Program-made: the position numbers and the translations under genes
Source: Atribacterota bacterium
GTDB lineage: Bacteria > Atribacterota > Phoenicimicrobiia > Phoenicimicrobiales > Phoenicimicrobiaceae
NCBI GenBank assembly: GCA_038203565.1
Contig: JBBRDV010000024.1
Location: 1-18,246 of the forward strand
Reading direction: 5' to 3'
DNA length: 18,246 bases
Notes under the pieces: generated by a model
The model's database searches: none
What the model saw: the letters and a program-made list of their open reading frames with translations, nothing else
Told to the model about the DNA's origin: nothing
Part shown: positions 1 through 8,190 of the stretch, in pieces
How positions within the stretch are numbered: position 1 is the stretch's first letter
Layout: each line of letters begins with the position of its first letter

Positions 1-57
1 TACATCTTAATATTAATACGATAAAAAGTTTATAAAATCTTTCTTTTTTTAAAAATG
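1..57 (-). repeat. Intergenic repeat copy 1 (promoter core, cut by window edge)
   Basis: tacatcttaatattaatacgataaaaagtttataaaatctttctttttttaaaaat aligns with the cores at 2058, 4790 and 10597. Minus strand reads AAGA-N18-GTAT (41..16). Confidence 0.85.
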
Positions 58-404
58 CTTCAGAGGGAAAAATATTCAAAACCCCATCAGTTGGCTGATA
101 GCTACACTATAGAAAAAAATCTGCTATTGCTATCGCTGTTAAGTTTAAAAAATAAAGGATAAGAGAAATAAAAAATGTACTAAGAGGTACGGCTTTCACA
201 TTTAACATGCTGTAATTTCTTAAAATATGATATTACCTTGATAGAGAACTTTTTCCTATTATATGATCATTTGAGAAGACGTTGGGAGCCTGAACTTACC
301 AGACCCTTGATAAAAAGTTAGAAAAAATTGCTGAATTATTGAGCTACCACGAGTGTCTCCTGTCACATACATAACTCTATTAATTTCGTTTGAAAATTTG
401 TAGA

Positions 405-1139
405 TTAATTACCTTTATATTCCCAACCATGGTCATTATGATAAATCATTAATTTGCTCATACCACCATCAACAGTTATATTTTCCCCGTTGATAAAACT
501 ACTTTTTTCACTACATAAAAATAATATAATATGAGAAATATCTTGAACTTTACCTATCCTTTTAACCGGATGTTGTCTTTTATCAGGTTCGCCCCAATTA
601 TCATTGTCTTCAGATGTGTCTATCCAGCCTGGTGATATTGAATTTACCCTCACTTTACCAGAGAGACTTACTGCCATGGCATGGGTTAATGCACTGATGC
701 CTCCCTTGGCAGCGGAATAACTCTCCGTATCAGGTTGAGACATAAATGCCCTGGTTGATGAAATATTTACAATGGCAGCATTTTGATTAAAATGATCTAT
801 GAATAACTTTGTTAAAATATATGGAGCAGTAACTCCTACTTTTAAAACATAGTTAAAATCATCAAAACTACAATTTGACATTAGGCCTTTTTTACTTAAG
901 CAGGCATTGTTTATTAGATAATCAATCTTTCCGAATTTCTCAATTACATTTTTAGAAAATTTTATTAGATTTTCTTCTTCAGAAATATCACCTTTATAAA
1001 ACACATCATATTCTATTTCATTGTCATCCTTATCAATAACAGCTATCCTTGCTCCTCTTTTTTTAAATTTTTGAGCTATTTCTTTGCCAATACCCTTTGA
1101 ACCGCCAGTAACAACAACCGTTTTATTTTTAAATTCCAT
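405..1139 (-). CDS. Classical short-chain dehydrogenase/reductase (SDR)
   Basis: TGGSKGIG Rossmann motif, NNA, YSAAK catalytic motif, VNSISPG, INGENITVDGG. The ATG at 1139 follows AAGGTG (SD-like), so it is preferred over the GTG at 1148. Confidence 0.93.
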   Translation of the reverse strand: MEFKNKTVVVTGGSKGIGKEIAQKFKKRGARIAVIDKDDNEIEYDVFYKGDISEEENLIKFSKNVIEKFGKIDYLINNACLSKKGLMSNCSFDDFNYVLKVGVTAPYILTKLFIDHFNQNAAIVNISSTRAFMSQPDTESYSAAKGGISALTHAMAVSLSGKVRVNSISPGWIDTSEDNDNWGEPDKRQHPVKRIGKVQDISHIILFLCSEKSSFINGENITVDGGMSKLMIYHNDHGWEYKGN

Positions 1140-1297
1140 TTTTATCACCTTACTTTATTTTATTTAATAGAACTACCGCCTCAACGTTCTTGTCAATTTA
1201 TCTTCTTATTCTGGCATAAAGAATGTAATTTGACTATCCTGATTGATCAGATGATTCTATGGTTAGGTGTTGTCTTACAATTATAGAACTCATTGGA

Positions 1298-2020
1298 TTA
1301 TTTTTTATCTGCATATGATTGCCCTTCAAAGATGGCTCGAATTTCCGCAGCCGTAGTTGCCTTGGAAAGTGCTGACATACGTTTTTGCTCTTCTTGCTTT
1401 AGTAATTCAAGGTTTTTCACTACCTGCTCCAACTTATTGGCAGGGAATTTACAAGCACCATTTTCATCCATGTGGATAATCTCACCAGGAGACACGTCCA
1501 TTCCGGCTACCGAAACTGGATTATTTACTGAATGGACTGCCATATCCCCATGCCCTGCCGTGGTTCCTGTAAGCATGTACTGAAACTTCATCGGCCGTAT
1601 CTCATCTATATCGCGTGAAGGTCCATCTGAAATGACCCCAACACATCCAATCGACTTCAATGCTGTGGTCATATTGCCTCCGGAAAGACCTACCTTGCCT
1701 GCTATCTCTGGTGGGAATATCTGTTTGAGGATTAGTACAGTAGGTCTCTTGGATTGTTCCAGAGCATCAATAACATCCATAAAGGAGAGGCGGGAATAAT
1801 TGGGATCCGGTAGGCCATAAACACAAGTGACAGCATAACCCACAGTGCGACCAAGTTCAGGATAGATGCATCGTATCGACTGGTCTGTGTACCAGTTCTG
1901 TGTCCAGGGGTTGTAAAGCCCCAGACACAATGGATTTTTAGGATAGGTTGCTACCACATTGGTAACTGATGGGGTATCATGCTCCTTTAGCTTTTCTAAT
2001 AATTCTTTTTCTGGGGACAT
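1298..2020 (-). CDS. RraA family protein (HMG-aldolase/RraA-like fold)
   Basis: DTPSVTNV start, GYAVT, GGNMTTALKSIGCVGVISDGPSRDIDE, V..G..I..D.NG pattern. Strong SD AAGGAGG upstream. Confidence 0.85.
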   Translation of the reverse strand: MSPEKELLEKLKEHDTPSVTNVVATYPKNPLCLGLYNPWTQNWYTDQSIRCIYPELGRTVGYAVTCVYGLPDPNYSRLSFMDVIDALEQSKRPTVLILKQIFPPEIAGKVGLSGGNMTTALKSIGCVGVISDGPSRDIDEIRPMKFQYMLTGTTAGHGDMAVHSVNNPVSVAGMDVSPGEIIHMDENGACKFPANKLEQVVKNLELLKQEEQKRMSALSKATTAAEIRAIFEGQSYADKK

Positions 2021-2057
2021 TTTTTCCTCCTTTGTTTTATAATACAGAGTTAATTGT

Positions 2058-2198
2058 TTAATATAAATACGACAAAAGATTTATAAAGTCCTTCTTTTTT
2101 TTAAAAATAGCTGTGAGATAAGATTGCCGCGTTTTATTCGAAAGCTTATGATAACAGAGGAATTCATATTCATCATATTTATTTGCAAATGGGGAAAA
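2058..2198 (-). repeat. Intergenic repeat copy 2 (promoter core plus right arm)
   Basis: 22-nt identity tataaatacgacaaaagattta (2062-2083 = 4805-4826), then gattgccgcg..ttcgaaagc..agaggaatt..aaatggg shared with copies 4 and 7. AGGA-N18-GTAT at 2092..2067. Confidence 0.92.
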
Positions 2199-2445
2199 GG
2201 TAACAATATTTTTAGGTATTAAAGACAAATTTATAAATATCTATTATATAATGATTACTAAAAGAGAAAATTATCAGGTAAATATTAAGACGCTAAATAT
2301 CTTTGGATTTAAAACTAATAAAGAGTTATAATTTAACTATATTTTGGTTTCAATAATTTAAAGGAGAATTATATTAATTAAGAATAATAAATTAAATCAA
2401 GCTATAAATGAGACGAAGGATAATTATAAATTAGGGATTTTTTTC

Positions 2446-3285
2446 ATGGTAATTTCTTCCCTTTGTTTTGCCTTAATAGCAGCAATGGTAAAACAGGTAA
2501 GGTATCTTCCCTTAATGGAGATAATTTTCTTTCAAAGTATTCCTGGTATGATCATTATTCCCCTAATAGCAAAAAAAATGCATATTTCTCTTTTTGGTAA
2601 AAATAAACCTTTCCTATGGTCTAGTGGATTTTTAAATTTAATTATTCAATTAACAAAATTTTATACTTTTACAGTGATGCTTTTATCAGATGCAACTACT
2701 ATTCATAGATTAAGCCCCTTTTTTATATTATTGCTTTCTGCAATATTCCTGAAAGAAAAATTATCTTTTCGGCGAATTCCACTTTTCTTGTTGGCTTTTT
2801 TGGGAGGATTATTGGTCATTAAACCTGGTTTTGGGGTAGAGATGTTCCCAGCAATGATTGCCCTGCTTGCTGCCATCTTTATAGCTTTTAACCACGTGAT
2901 TTTAAGGTATTTAAGGCTAACTGACCATTATTTGGTCATTACCAATTATGCTGCTTATATTGGTGGTTTGGGGAGTTTAGTAGTATTATTAATACAAAAG
3001 AATTTCCAGGTTCCCAGTCCCTCTGATTTGTTTATTTTAATTTTAATCGGGCTAATTGCTTTATTTGCACAGATTACCCTTACTAGAGCCTATCAAATGG
3101 CTCAAGCAAGCCTGGTATCTTTATATACTTATTCTCAAATTATATTTGCGAGTCTCTTTGGTCTAATGTTTTTCAAAGAGATTCCTGACCTCTTAAGTAT
3201 AATGGGAGCAAGCTTTATCATCATCAGCGGATATTTTAATTATAGTTGGAAAGTAGACAAAATGAGTTTAGATCTTAAAATTTGA
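2446..3285 (+). CDS. DMT/EamA family transporter (true start probably further upstream)
   Basis: About 10 hydrophobic segments, SPFFILLLSAIFLKEK, AQITLTRAYQMAQASLVS..YSQIIFA...F.E.P. The frame is open back to 2362. Confidence 0.9.
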   Translation: MVISSLCFALIAAMVKQVRYLPLMEIIFFQSIPGMIIIPLIAKKMHISLFGKNKPFLWSSGFLNLIIQLTKFYTFTVMLLSDATTIHRLSPFFILLLSAIFLKEKLSFRRIPLFLLAFLGGLLVIKPGFGVEMFPAMIALLAAIFIAFNHVILRYLRLTDHYLVITNYAAYIGGLGSLVVLLIQKNFQVPSPSDLFILILIGLIALFAQITLTRAYQMAQASLVSLYTYSQIIFASLFGLMFFKEIPDLLSIMGASFIIISGYFNYSWKVDKMSLDLKI

Positions 3286-3359
3286 TATTCATATTTTTTT
3301 AGGGCTGTTATCACCTTGAGACAATAAGTCTGACCAATCATCGAATGTAAGACAGGTAA

Positions 3360-3483
3360 GACAAGGGGACGTTTCGTTTGTCATATTTTAAGAATATATA
3401 TTTACCTTATTGAATCGCCAACAGTGGTCAAAAAAGAATTAGCCTTTTTCAATTTTTCTACATCGTTATATTAATACGACAAA
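3360..3483 (-). repeat. Intergenic repeat copy 3 (left arm plus -10 part; -35 part missing)
   Basis: gacaaggggacgtttcgtttgtc hairpin, ttattgaatcgcca (3407-3420 = 4747-4760), aatttttctaca, aatacgacaaa. Homology stops at 3483. Confidence 0.9.
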
Positions 3484-3550
3484 TTGTATCATGTCTTCAT
3501 TCCGTGTAATGGCAAAACTATATATTTAGATTAATTCCCCTACTACCTTT

Positions 3551-3595
3551 AGGTTAGGCTTGTTTGCTTAGCACAAGCAACTATTTATCTAACCT
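3551..3595 (-). terminator. Nested inverted repeat over the stop codon of the membrane-protein gene; possible terminator
   Basis: aggttag (3551-3557)/ctaacct (3589-3595) and gcttgt (3558-3563)/acaagc (3573-3578). No clear U-tract. Confidence 0.35.
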
Positions 3596-4328
3596 CTACC
3601 GATGCATTGGCATCAAAAGGATTTGTTCTAGCAGCAAGAGAAAAAAGATAGGGGTAATTAGCTTTTAGATGCTTCATATAGTACAACCACTCTACAATTA
3701 AAAGATAATATGCCCTCTTTATATCTCCCGCAAGGTGTTGATAATCATTTTCTGGTAATCCGTTCAGGCTTCTTCTGTAAGTAAGCTCCTCCGTTAAATG
3801 AAATACTGCCCAAAGTAAATTTGTGAATGCCTCATGTTCTAATAGATTAGGATTTTCTAAAAGATTTAGCAAAAACTGTCTCTTCCCCTTCAAGAAATTT
3901 TTAATATTCTCCAAATCCCCTCTCTTACTATCAATGTTGTAAGAGTGATTTTTAACATTTTTACAAATTTTCAAAAAATCTTTTTTAAAAGACTCATCTG
4001 TTATAACCAGTTTCTGAGTCATTTCAGAAGATTTTGTATCAAAATCAGAAAAAATCTTGAGCAATTCTACTCCGACCTCACTAAAAAACGCACCTATCAC
4101 CATATTTAGTTTGTTCAACATAACTTTCTTTTCCCTATATTGCAGTAATTGGTGCAAAACCAAAGTCACTAGCAAAACTTCAAGGAAAACAAAAGCTATA
4201 TCTCCAATAAGGTATAGGAAAATATGATGTGCGTCTCTAAAAATAAGATAGTGAATAATATAAACCAGGGCAGATAAAGCTATTAGGGATAGACCTAATA
4301 CAATCTGCCAATTAAATAGGCGTTTCAT
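3585..4328 (-). CDS. Hypothetical membrane protein (two N-terminal TM helices, soluble C-terminal domain)
   Basis: 247-aa ORF with two hydrophobic N-terminal segments. It starts 2 nt after the ferritin-like gene stop, suggesting co-transcription. Confidence 0.82.
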   Translation of the reverse strand: MKRLFNWQIVLGLSLIALSALVYIIHYLIFRDAHHIFLYLIGDIAFVFLEVLLVTLVLHQLLQYREKKVMLNKLNMVIGAFFSEVGVELLKIFSDFDTKSSEMTQKLVITDESFKKDFLKICKNVKNHSYNIDSKRGDLENIKNFLKGKRQFLLNLLENPNLLEHEAFTNLLWAVFHLTEELTYRRSLNGLPENDYQHLAGDIKRAYYLLIVEWLYYMKHLKANYPYLFSLAARTNPFDANASVEVR

Positions 4329-4330
4329 TT

Positions 4331-4642
4331 TTAATTTCCCTTACTTTGTTTTTTTATCTCTTCTTCTACCTCTTTAGCGCCTTCTCTGTAGAATTTTTCT
4401 TCATCTGGTGCAAGTTCTTTTAAAAGTCTAATAAATTCTCCAGCATGAACACGCTCTTCATCTGCGATGTCCTTTAGTACATCTTGTGCTAATTGGTTAT
4501 CAGTTGATTCGGCAGGCTGCATATAGAGCTGAATGGCTTCATACTCTGCTGCAATCATAAACCTTATTGCACGAATTAACTCTTCATTGGTAAGCTTACG
4601 GTCTTTTTTAAGTCCGGAAAACGGACTTCCAAATTCAGGCAT
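4331..4642 (-). CDS. Small ferritin-like/rubrerythrin-family protein (EncFtn-like two-helix type)
   Basis: AAEYEAIQLY and DIADEERVHAGEF (ExxH di-iron ligands). SD AAGGAGG upstream. Confidence 0.88.
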   Translation of the reverse strand: MPEFGSPFSGLKKDRKLTNEELIRAIRFMIAAEYEAIQLYMQPAESTDNQLAQDVLKDIADEERVHAGEFIRLLKELAPDEEKFYREGAKEVEEEIKKQSKGN

Positions 4643-4699
4643 AGCTACCTCCTTTTATTAAAATTTTATCCTTCCCTTAGCCTTCTATTTTTTCCATAG

Positions 4700-4938
4700 G
4701 TGTCAGGGAGCAGTACTTTGTCACACTTCAAGAATAGATATTTATTTTATTGAATCGCCACCAGCGGCAAAAAGAAATAGTTTTTTAATTTTTCTACACC
4801 TTAGTATAAATACGACAAAAGATTTAAAAAATCCTTCTTTTTTGTAAAAAATAGTTACAAGATGAGATTGCCGCGCTTTTTTCGAAAGCAATAAAAGAGG
4901 AATTAATATTAACCATATTTACTTATAAATGGGAAGAA
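4700..4938 (-). repeat. Intergenic repeat copy 4 (full length: left hairpin, promoter core, right hairpin)
   Basis: The left part aligns with 3360-3483 and 6049-6181, and the right part with 2058-2198 and 8047-8168. AGGA-N18-GTAT at 4835..4810. Confidence 0.93.
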
Positions 4939-4948
4939 TGTGATAATT

Positions 4949-5302
4949 TCACACATTAATAACCTCTCCTAGAACCCAATATGAAATTATTCCGACAATA
5001 ACTGAAAGTCCTAATGATCTTGTTTTAAATGCAATAGCAAACACTAATATTGAAGAAATTAATTCTATATTGTTTAACGTCACACAAAACATTTGATTTC
5101 TGATGAATATAGCAGGGAAAACCAGGGCACTAAAAATGCCAACAGGGATATACTTTAACCAAGATTCCAGCCAAGGCGGTAAATTTTTTTTGGAGAATAT
5201 TATTAAAGGCATCATTCTTGGTAAATAAGTTACAATTGCCATTCCAATAATTAATATCCATATTTTCATATCACTCAACATTGTTTTTCTCTCTTTTTTC
5301 AT
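4949..5302 (-). CDS. azlD: AzlD family branched-chain amino acid exporter small subunit (start uncertain)
   Basis: IIGMAIVTYLPRMMP, WLKYIPVGIFSALVFP motifs; overlaps azlC. Confidence 0.88.
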   Translation of the reverse strand: MKKERKTMLSDMKIWILIIGMAIVTYLPRMMPLIIFSKKNLPPWLESWLKYIPVGIFSALVFPAIFIRNQMFCVTLNNIELISSILVFAIAFKTRSLGLSVIVGIISYWVLGEVINV

Positions 5303-6020
5303 TTATCATTTTATTTTCAATAAAATATCCAATCGAGGCTCCTAAAATTGCTGTTATTACTATATAAAAACTATTTTTTAAAATTAAAGATAAGTAAATA
5401 GACGCTGCTCCAGAAATTATTCCGACAATAATAAAAACCTTATTTTTTAAATTTAACACCAATAAACCTATAAACATTGCCGTAAGTGTATAGCTGGCAA
5501 TTTCATTGTTTACGGGGAGAATCGCGCCGGTTAAACCTCCAATAATATTAGCAAAATTCCAACAAGCAAAGGCGACGATATTTACTGTCATTGCTTTTTG
5601 AGGGTCCCATATTCCTTCTGTAAATTTGTGATAGTTTATTGCAAATGATTCATCGGTAACTCCGTGCGAATAAATTAATAAAAATTTCTTTTTCTTGTTT
5701 GCTAAAAATTTTACTAAAACCGAACTCATTAAAAAATGTCGTAAATTGACAACAAAAGTAGCCATGATGATAGCTTCAATGGATGAATTGGCTCCTATCA
5801 TCGAAACAGCAATAAATTGAGAGCTTCCAGCAAATACTATTAATGACATACCTGCTATTTCAAAAATAGACAAACCTGCTTTCTGTGCTAAAACACCACA
5901 AGCAAACCCTAAGGGCAAATAACCTAAACAAATCGGGATCGCAGCACTGAAGCTCTCTTTTATATTTCCTTTTATTTGTTTTATCGACTGAATAATTCCA
6001 CTCTCTATTAGATTTAGCAA
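5271..6020 (-). CDS. azlC: AzlC family branched-chain amino acid exporter permease
   Basis: PICLGYLPLGFACG, FAGSSQF, VNLRHFLMS, TDESFA motifs. TTG start after AAGAGG. Confidence 0.92.
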   Translation of the reverse strand: MLNLIESGIIQSIKQIKGNIKESFSAAIPICLGYLPLGFACGVLAQKAGLSIFEIAGMSLIVFAGSSQFIAVSMIGANSSIEAIIMATFVVNLRHFLMSSVLVKFLANKKKKFLLIYSHGVTDESFAINYHKFTEGIWDPQKAMTVNIVAFACWNFANIIGGLTGAILPVNNEIASYTLTAMFIGLLVLNLKNKVFIIVGIISGAASIYLSLILKNSFYIVITAILGASIGYFIENKMINEKREKNNVE

Positions 6021-6048
6021 TTAATCATACCTCTTTTAGTAGTATATT

Positions 6049-6181
6049 AGGGGACGATTCTTTGTCATCCTTTAATAATATATATTTAGCTTATTGCATC
6101 GTCATCAGCAGACAAAAGAGTAAGTCTTTTCTAATTTTCCTATATCTTAATACTAATACATCAAAGAATTATAAAATTCTT
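6049..6181 (-). repeat. Intergenic repeat copy 5 (left arm plus diverged promoter core)
   Basis: aggggacgattctttgtca, aatatatattta, ttattgcatcgtca, tatcttaatactaatac..attataaaattctt. AAGA-N18-GTAT at 6181..6156. Confidence 0.85.
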
Positions 6182-6207
6182 AGCACTAATGAAGTATATG
6201 TAGACTT

Positions 6208-6666
6208 TTATAAACCGTTATGTTTTTTCTCACTTAATAATCTATTCAATATTTTTACTGAATATTCAATGCATTTTATACAAATTTTCTCTTTTAAATT
6301 ATTATCTTCAAAATATTTTGTACCTTCTTCAGTTAAGAAATTACATCCTAATAATTCCTTACAACTCGTTGTTTTATTTATTTTTTTAAATTCTGAATCA
6401 AATTCTCTTACCAAACTAAAAGTATTTTCTTGTGCTTCATTATCATCTTTTTTATATTTTCCATATTTTAACCCAATGACCATGTACGCCCCACTTACAG
6501 CACCACAAGTATCCTGCAGCATTCCCATTCCTGCACCAAGACCACATGATATCTTTAATAATTCGTCTTCCTTAATATTTATTTTATCTTTGTACGATGT
6601 CAGTACTGATTGAGCACAATTAAATCCATTTCTAAAATAATTAGTTGCTATCTCTTCACGATTCAT
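6208..6666 (-). CDS. C-GCAxxG-C-C family putative redox-active protein
   Basis: GFNCAQSV, CGLGAGMG...TCGAVSGA, CKELLG, CIKC. SD AGGAG. Confidence 0.9.
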   Translation of the reverse strand: MNREEIATNYFRNGFNCAQSVLTSYKDKINIKEDELLKISCGLGAGMGMLQDTCGAVSGAYMVIGLKYGKYKKDDNEAQENTFSLVREFDSEFKKINKTTSCKELLGCNFLTEEGTKYFEDNNLKEKICIKCIEYSVKILNRLLSEKKHNGL

Positions 6667-6743
6667 AATAATTTTTCTCCTTTCCTATTCTTTAACTTAT
6701 TCTAACTTAAAATAGTACTTTTATTAAAGGGGAGTAGTAAAAA

Positions 6744-6788
6744 ATACTACACTTATATTAAGAACCCCTTCTTTTTTATGAAAAAATA
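6744..6788 (-). promoter_or_regulatory. SigH-like promoter core (degenerate repeat copy 6)
   Basis: Minus strand AAAAAAGAAGGG-N18-GTAT (6769..6744) has the same spacing and A-tract as the other copies, 78 nt before the C-GCAxxG-C-C start. Confidence 0.6.
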
Positions 6789-6817
6789 TAAACAACAAAT
6801 ATAATTCCCTATTCTAA

Positions 6818-8032
6818 CTACATTACTTTATTCCCGTATATTTCATTCGTAAGTTTATTGACACGTTCCATTTCTTCGATATTTAAAATCAAGCACATGA
6901 TTACTCCTATTATGCATACCAGGCTCCCCAGCAAAAAAGTTGCTCTTGGTCCAAAAATATTCCAGACAAATCCCCCCGAAAATGCTCCAGCCATAATTCC
7001 TGTATTTTCGCATATACCTCCGTATATACCCATCGCTGATGCCTGGTGTTCAGAAGGTATGGAATCCGACAGTAGGGCTAATGCTGCGGGGCTATAGGTA
7101 ACCAATCCTATTTCAAATAAAACGGCGGATACTAAAAAGCATAGGAAGCTGTTAGCCATAGAGATTCCTATCATGCTAATTGCTGACGTCGCAAGAGCAA
7201 TTATCATTAACAATTTTTTTCCTTTGCGGTCAGCCAACATTCCCATAGGAATTCCAAATATCATAGTAATTATTCCTCTCACAGTAAAAAGAACACCAAC
7301 AGAGGCAACGCTGAGACCCGCAACCTGAGTAATGAGAAGCGGTAGAAAAGATATAAATAATCCTAATCCAAAATATTCACAGCTGGTTATTGCGCATAAA
7401 GAAAACAGGCAGCGATAAATTTTTGAATCTATAACAAATAAATGTTTATTTGCGGGTAAAAGCTTGGGGGCATTATATTTTAAATCCCTAAGGGTAACAA
7501 TTGTTATCAAGCCACCTAAAATATAAATTCCAATAGCTATATAAAATACCCAGCTGTACCCCAAACTACTGGCAAGAAATCCACTCGACAGAGCCCCAAG
7601 ACTTCTAGAACCACCGATTACAACTGTAATTATTCCCATAAATGCGGCTTTTTTAAATGCAGGAGCATGCTTTCCTACATGCCCCCGGGCTGGGCCAAAG
7701 ACTGCAGACCGAAATAATCCCAAGCATAATATTGCAATAAAAACAATATATGTCCCTTTAGCTAACAAAAATCCAAGCAATATTATACCGCTAACTAAAG
7801 TTCCCCAAATCATTGGGATTCTAATTCCTATCTTGTCAGCTATCCATCCCCATGAACTCTCACCAATAATCATACCAAGCCATAAGACCGAAATTATCAC
7901 ACCCGTCGCTTTTGAGGAAAAACCGACATGGATCAGGTAAAGTGGTAGAACAGGCTCTAGTATGCTTATCGATAACATGCCAATTGCAAGAATGCTTACT
8001 ATTGGAGCTATTTTATTTAAAGATTTTTTCAT
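6818..8032 (-). CDS. MFS transporter
   Basis: About 12 TM segments; motif A copies GWIADKIGIR and GMLADRKGKK. Confidence 0.92.
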   Translation of the reverse strand: MKKSLNKIAPIVSILAIGMLSISILEPVLPLYLIHVGFSSKATGVIISVLWLGMIIGESSWGWIADKIGIRIPMIWGTLVSGIILLGFLLAKGTYIVFIAILCLGLFRSAVFGPARGHVGKHAPAFKKAAFMGIITVVIGGSRSLGALSSGFLASSLGYSWVFYIAIGIYILGGLITIVTLRDLKYNAPKLLPANKHLFVIDSKIYRCLFSLCAITSCEYFGLGLFISFLPLLITQVAGLSVASVGVLFTVRGIITMIFGIPMGMLADRKGKKLLMIIALATSAISMIGISMANSFLCFLVSAVLFEIGLVTYSPAALALLSDSIPSEHQASAMGIYGGICENTGIMAGAFSGGFVWNIFGPRATFLLGSLVCIIGVIMCLILNIEEMERVNKLTNEIYGNKVM

Positions 8033-8046
8033 TATTAATCCTCTTC

Positions 8047-8168
8047 ATTTATAAAAGTCCTTCTTTTTAAAAAAATAATTGTGAGATAATATTGTCGTAC
8101 TTTCTTCGAAAGCTTGCCATAACAGAGAAATTAATACTAGCCTTATTTACTTAATAAATGGGGAAAAT
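8047..8168 (-). repeat. Intergenic repeat copy 7 (-35 part plus right arm; -10 part absent)
   Basis: atttataaaagtccttcttttt, gtgagataa, ttcgaaagctt, ataacagag, aaatggggaaaa all align with copy 2. Confidence 0.9.
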
Positions 8169-8190
8169 ATGTAAGATCTGTAGAAAAATA

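Noticed and set aside
1179..1268. Possible integron attC site (minus strand ACCTAAC ... GTTGAGG); also GCCTAAC at 3553-3559
   Set aside because: No convincing L boxes or end-to-end pairing, the second site has no partner R box, the pattern does not recur after other genes, and no integrase is present.
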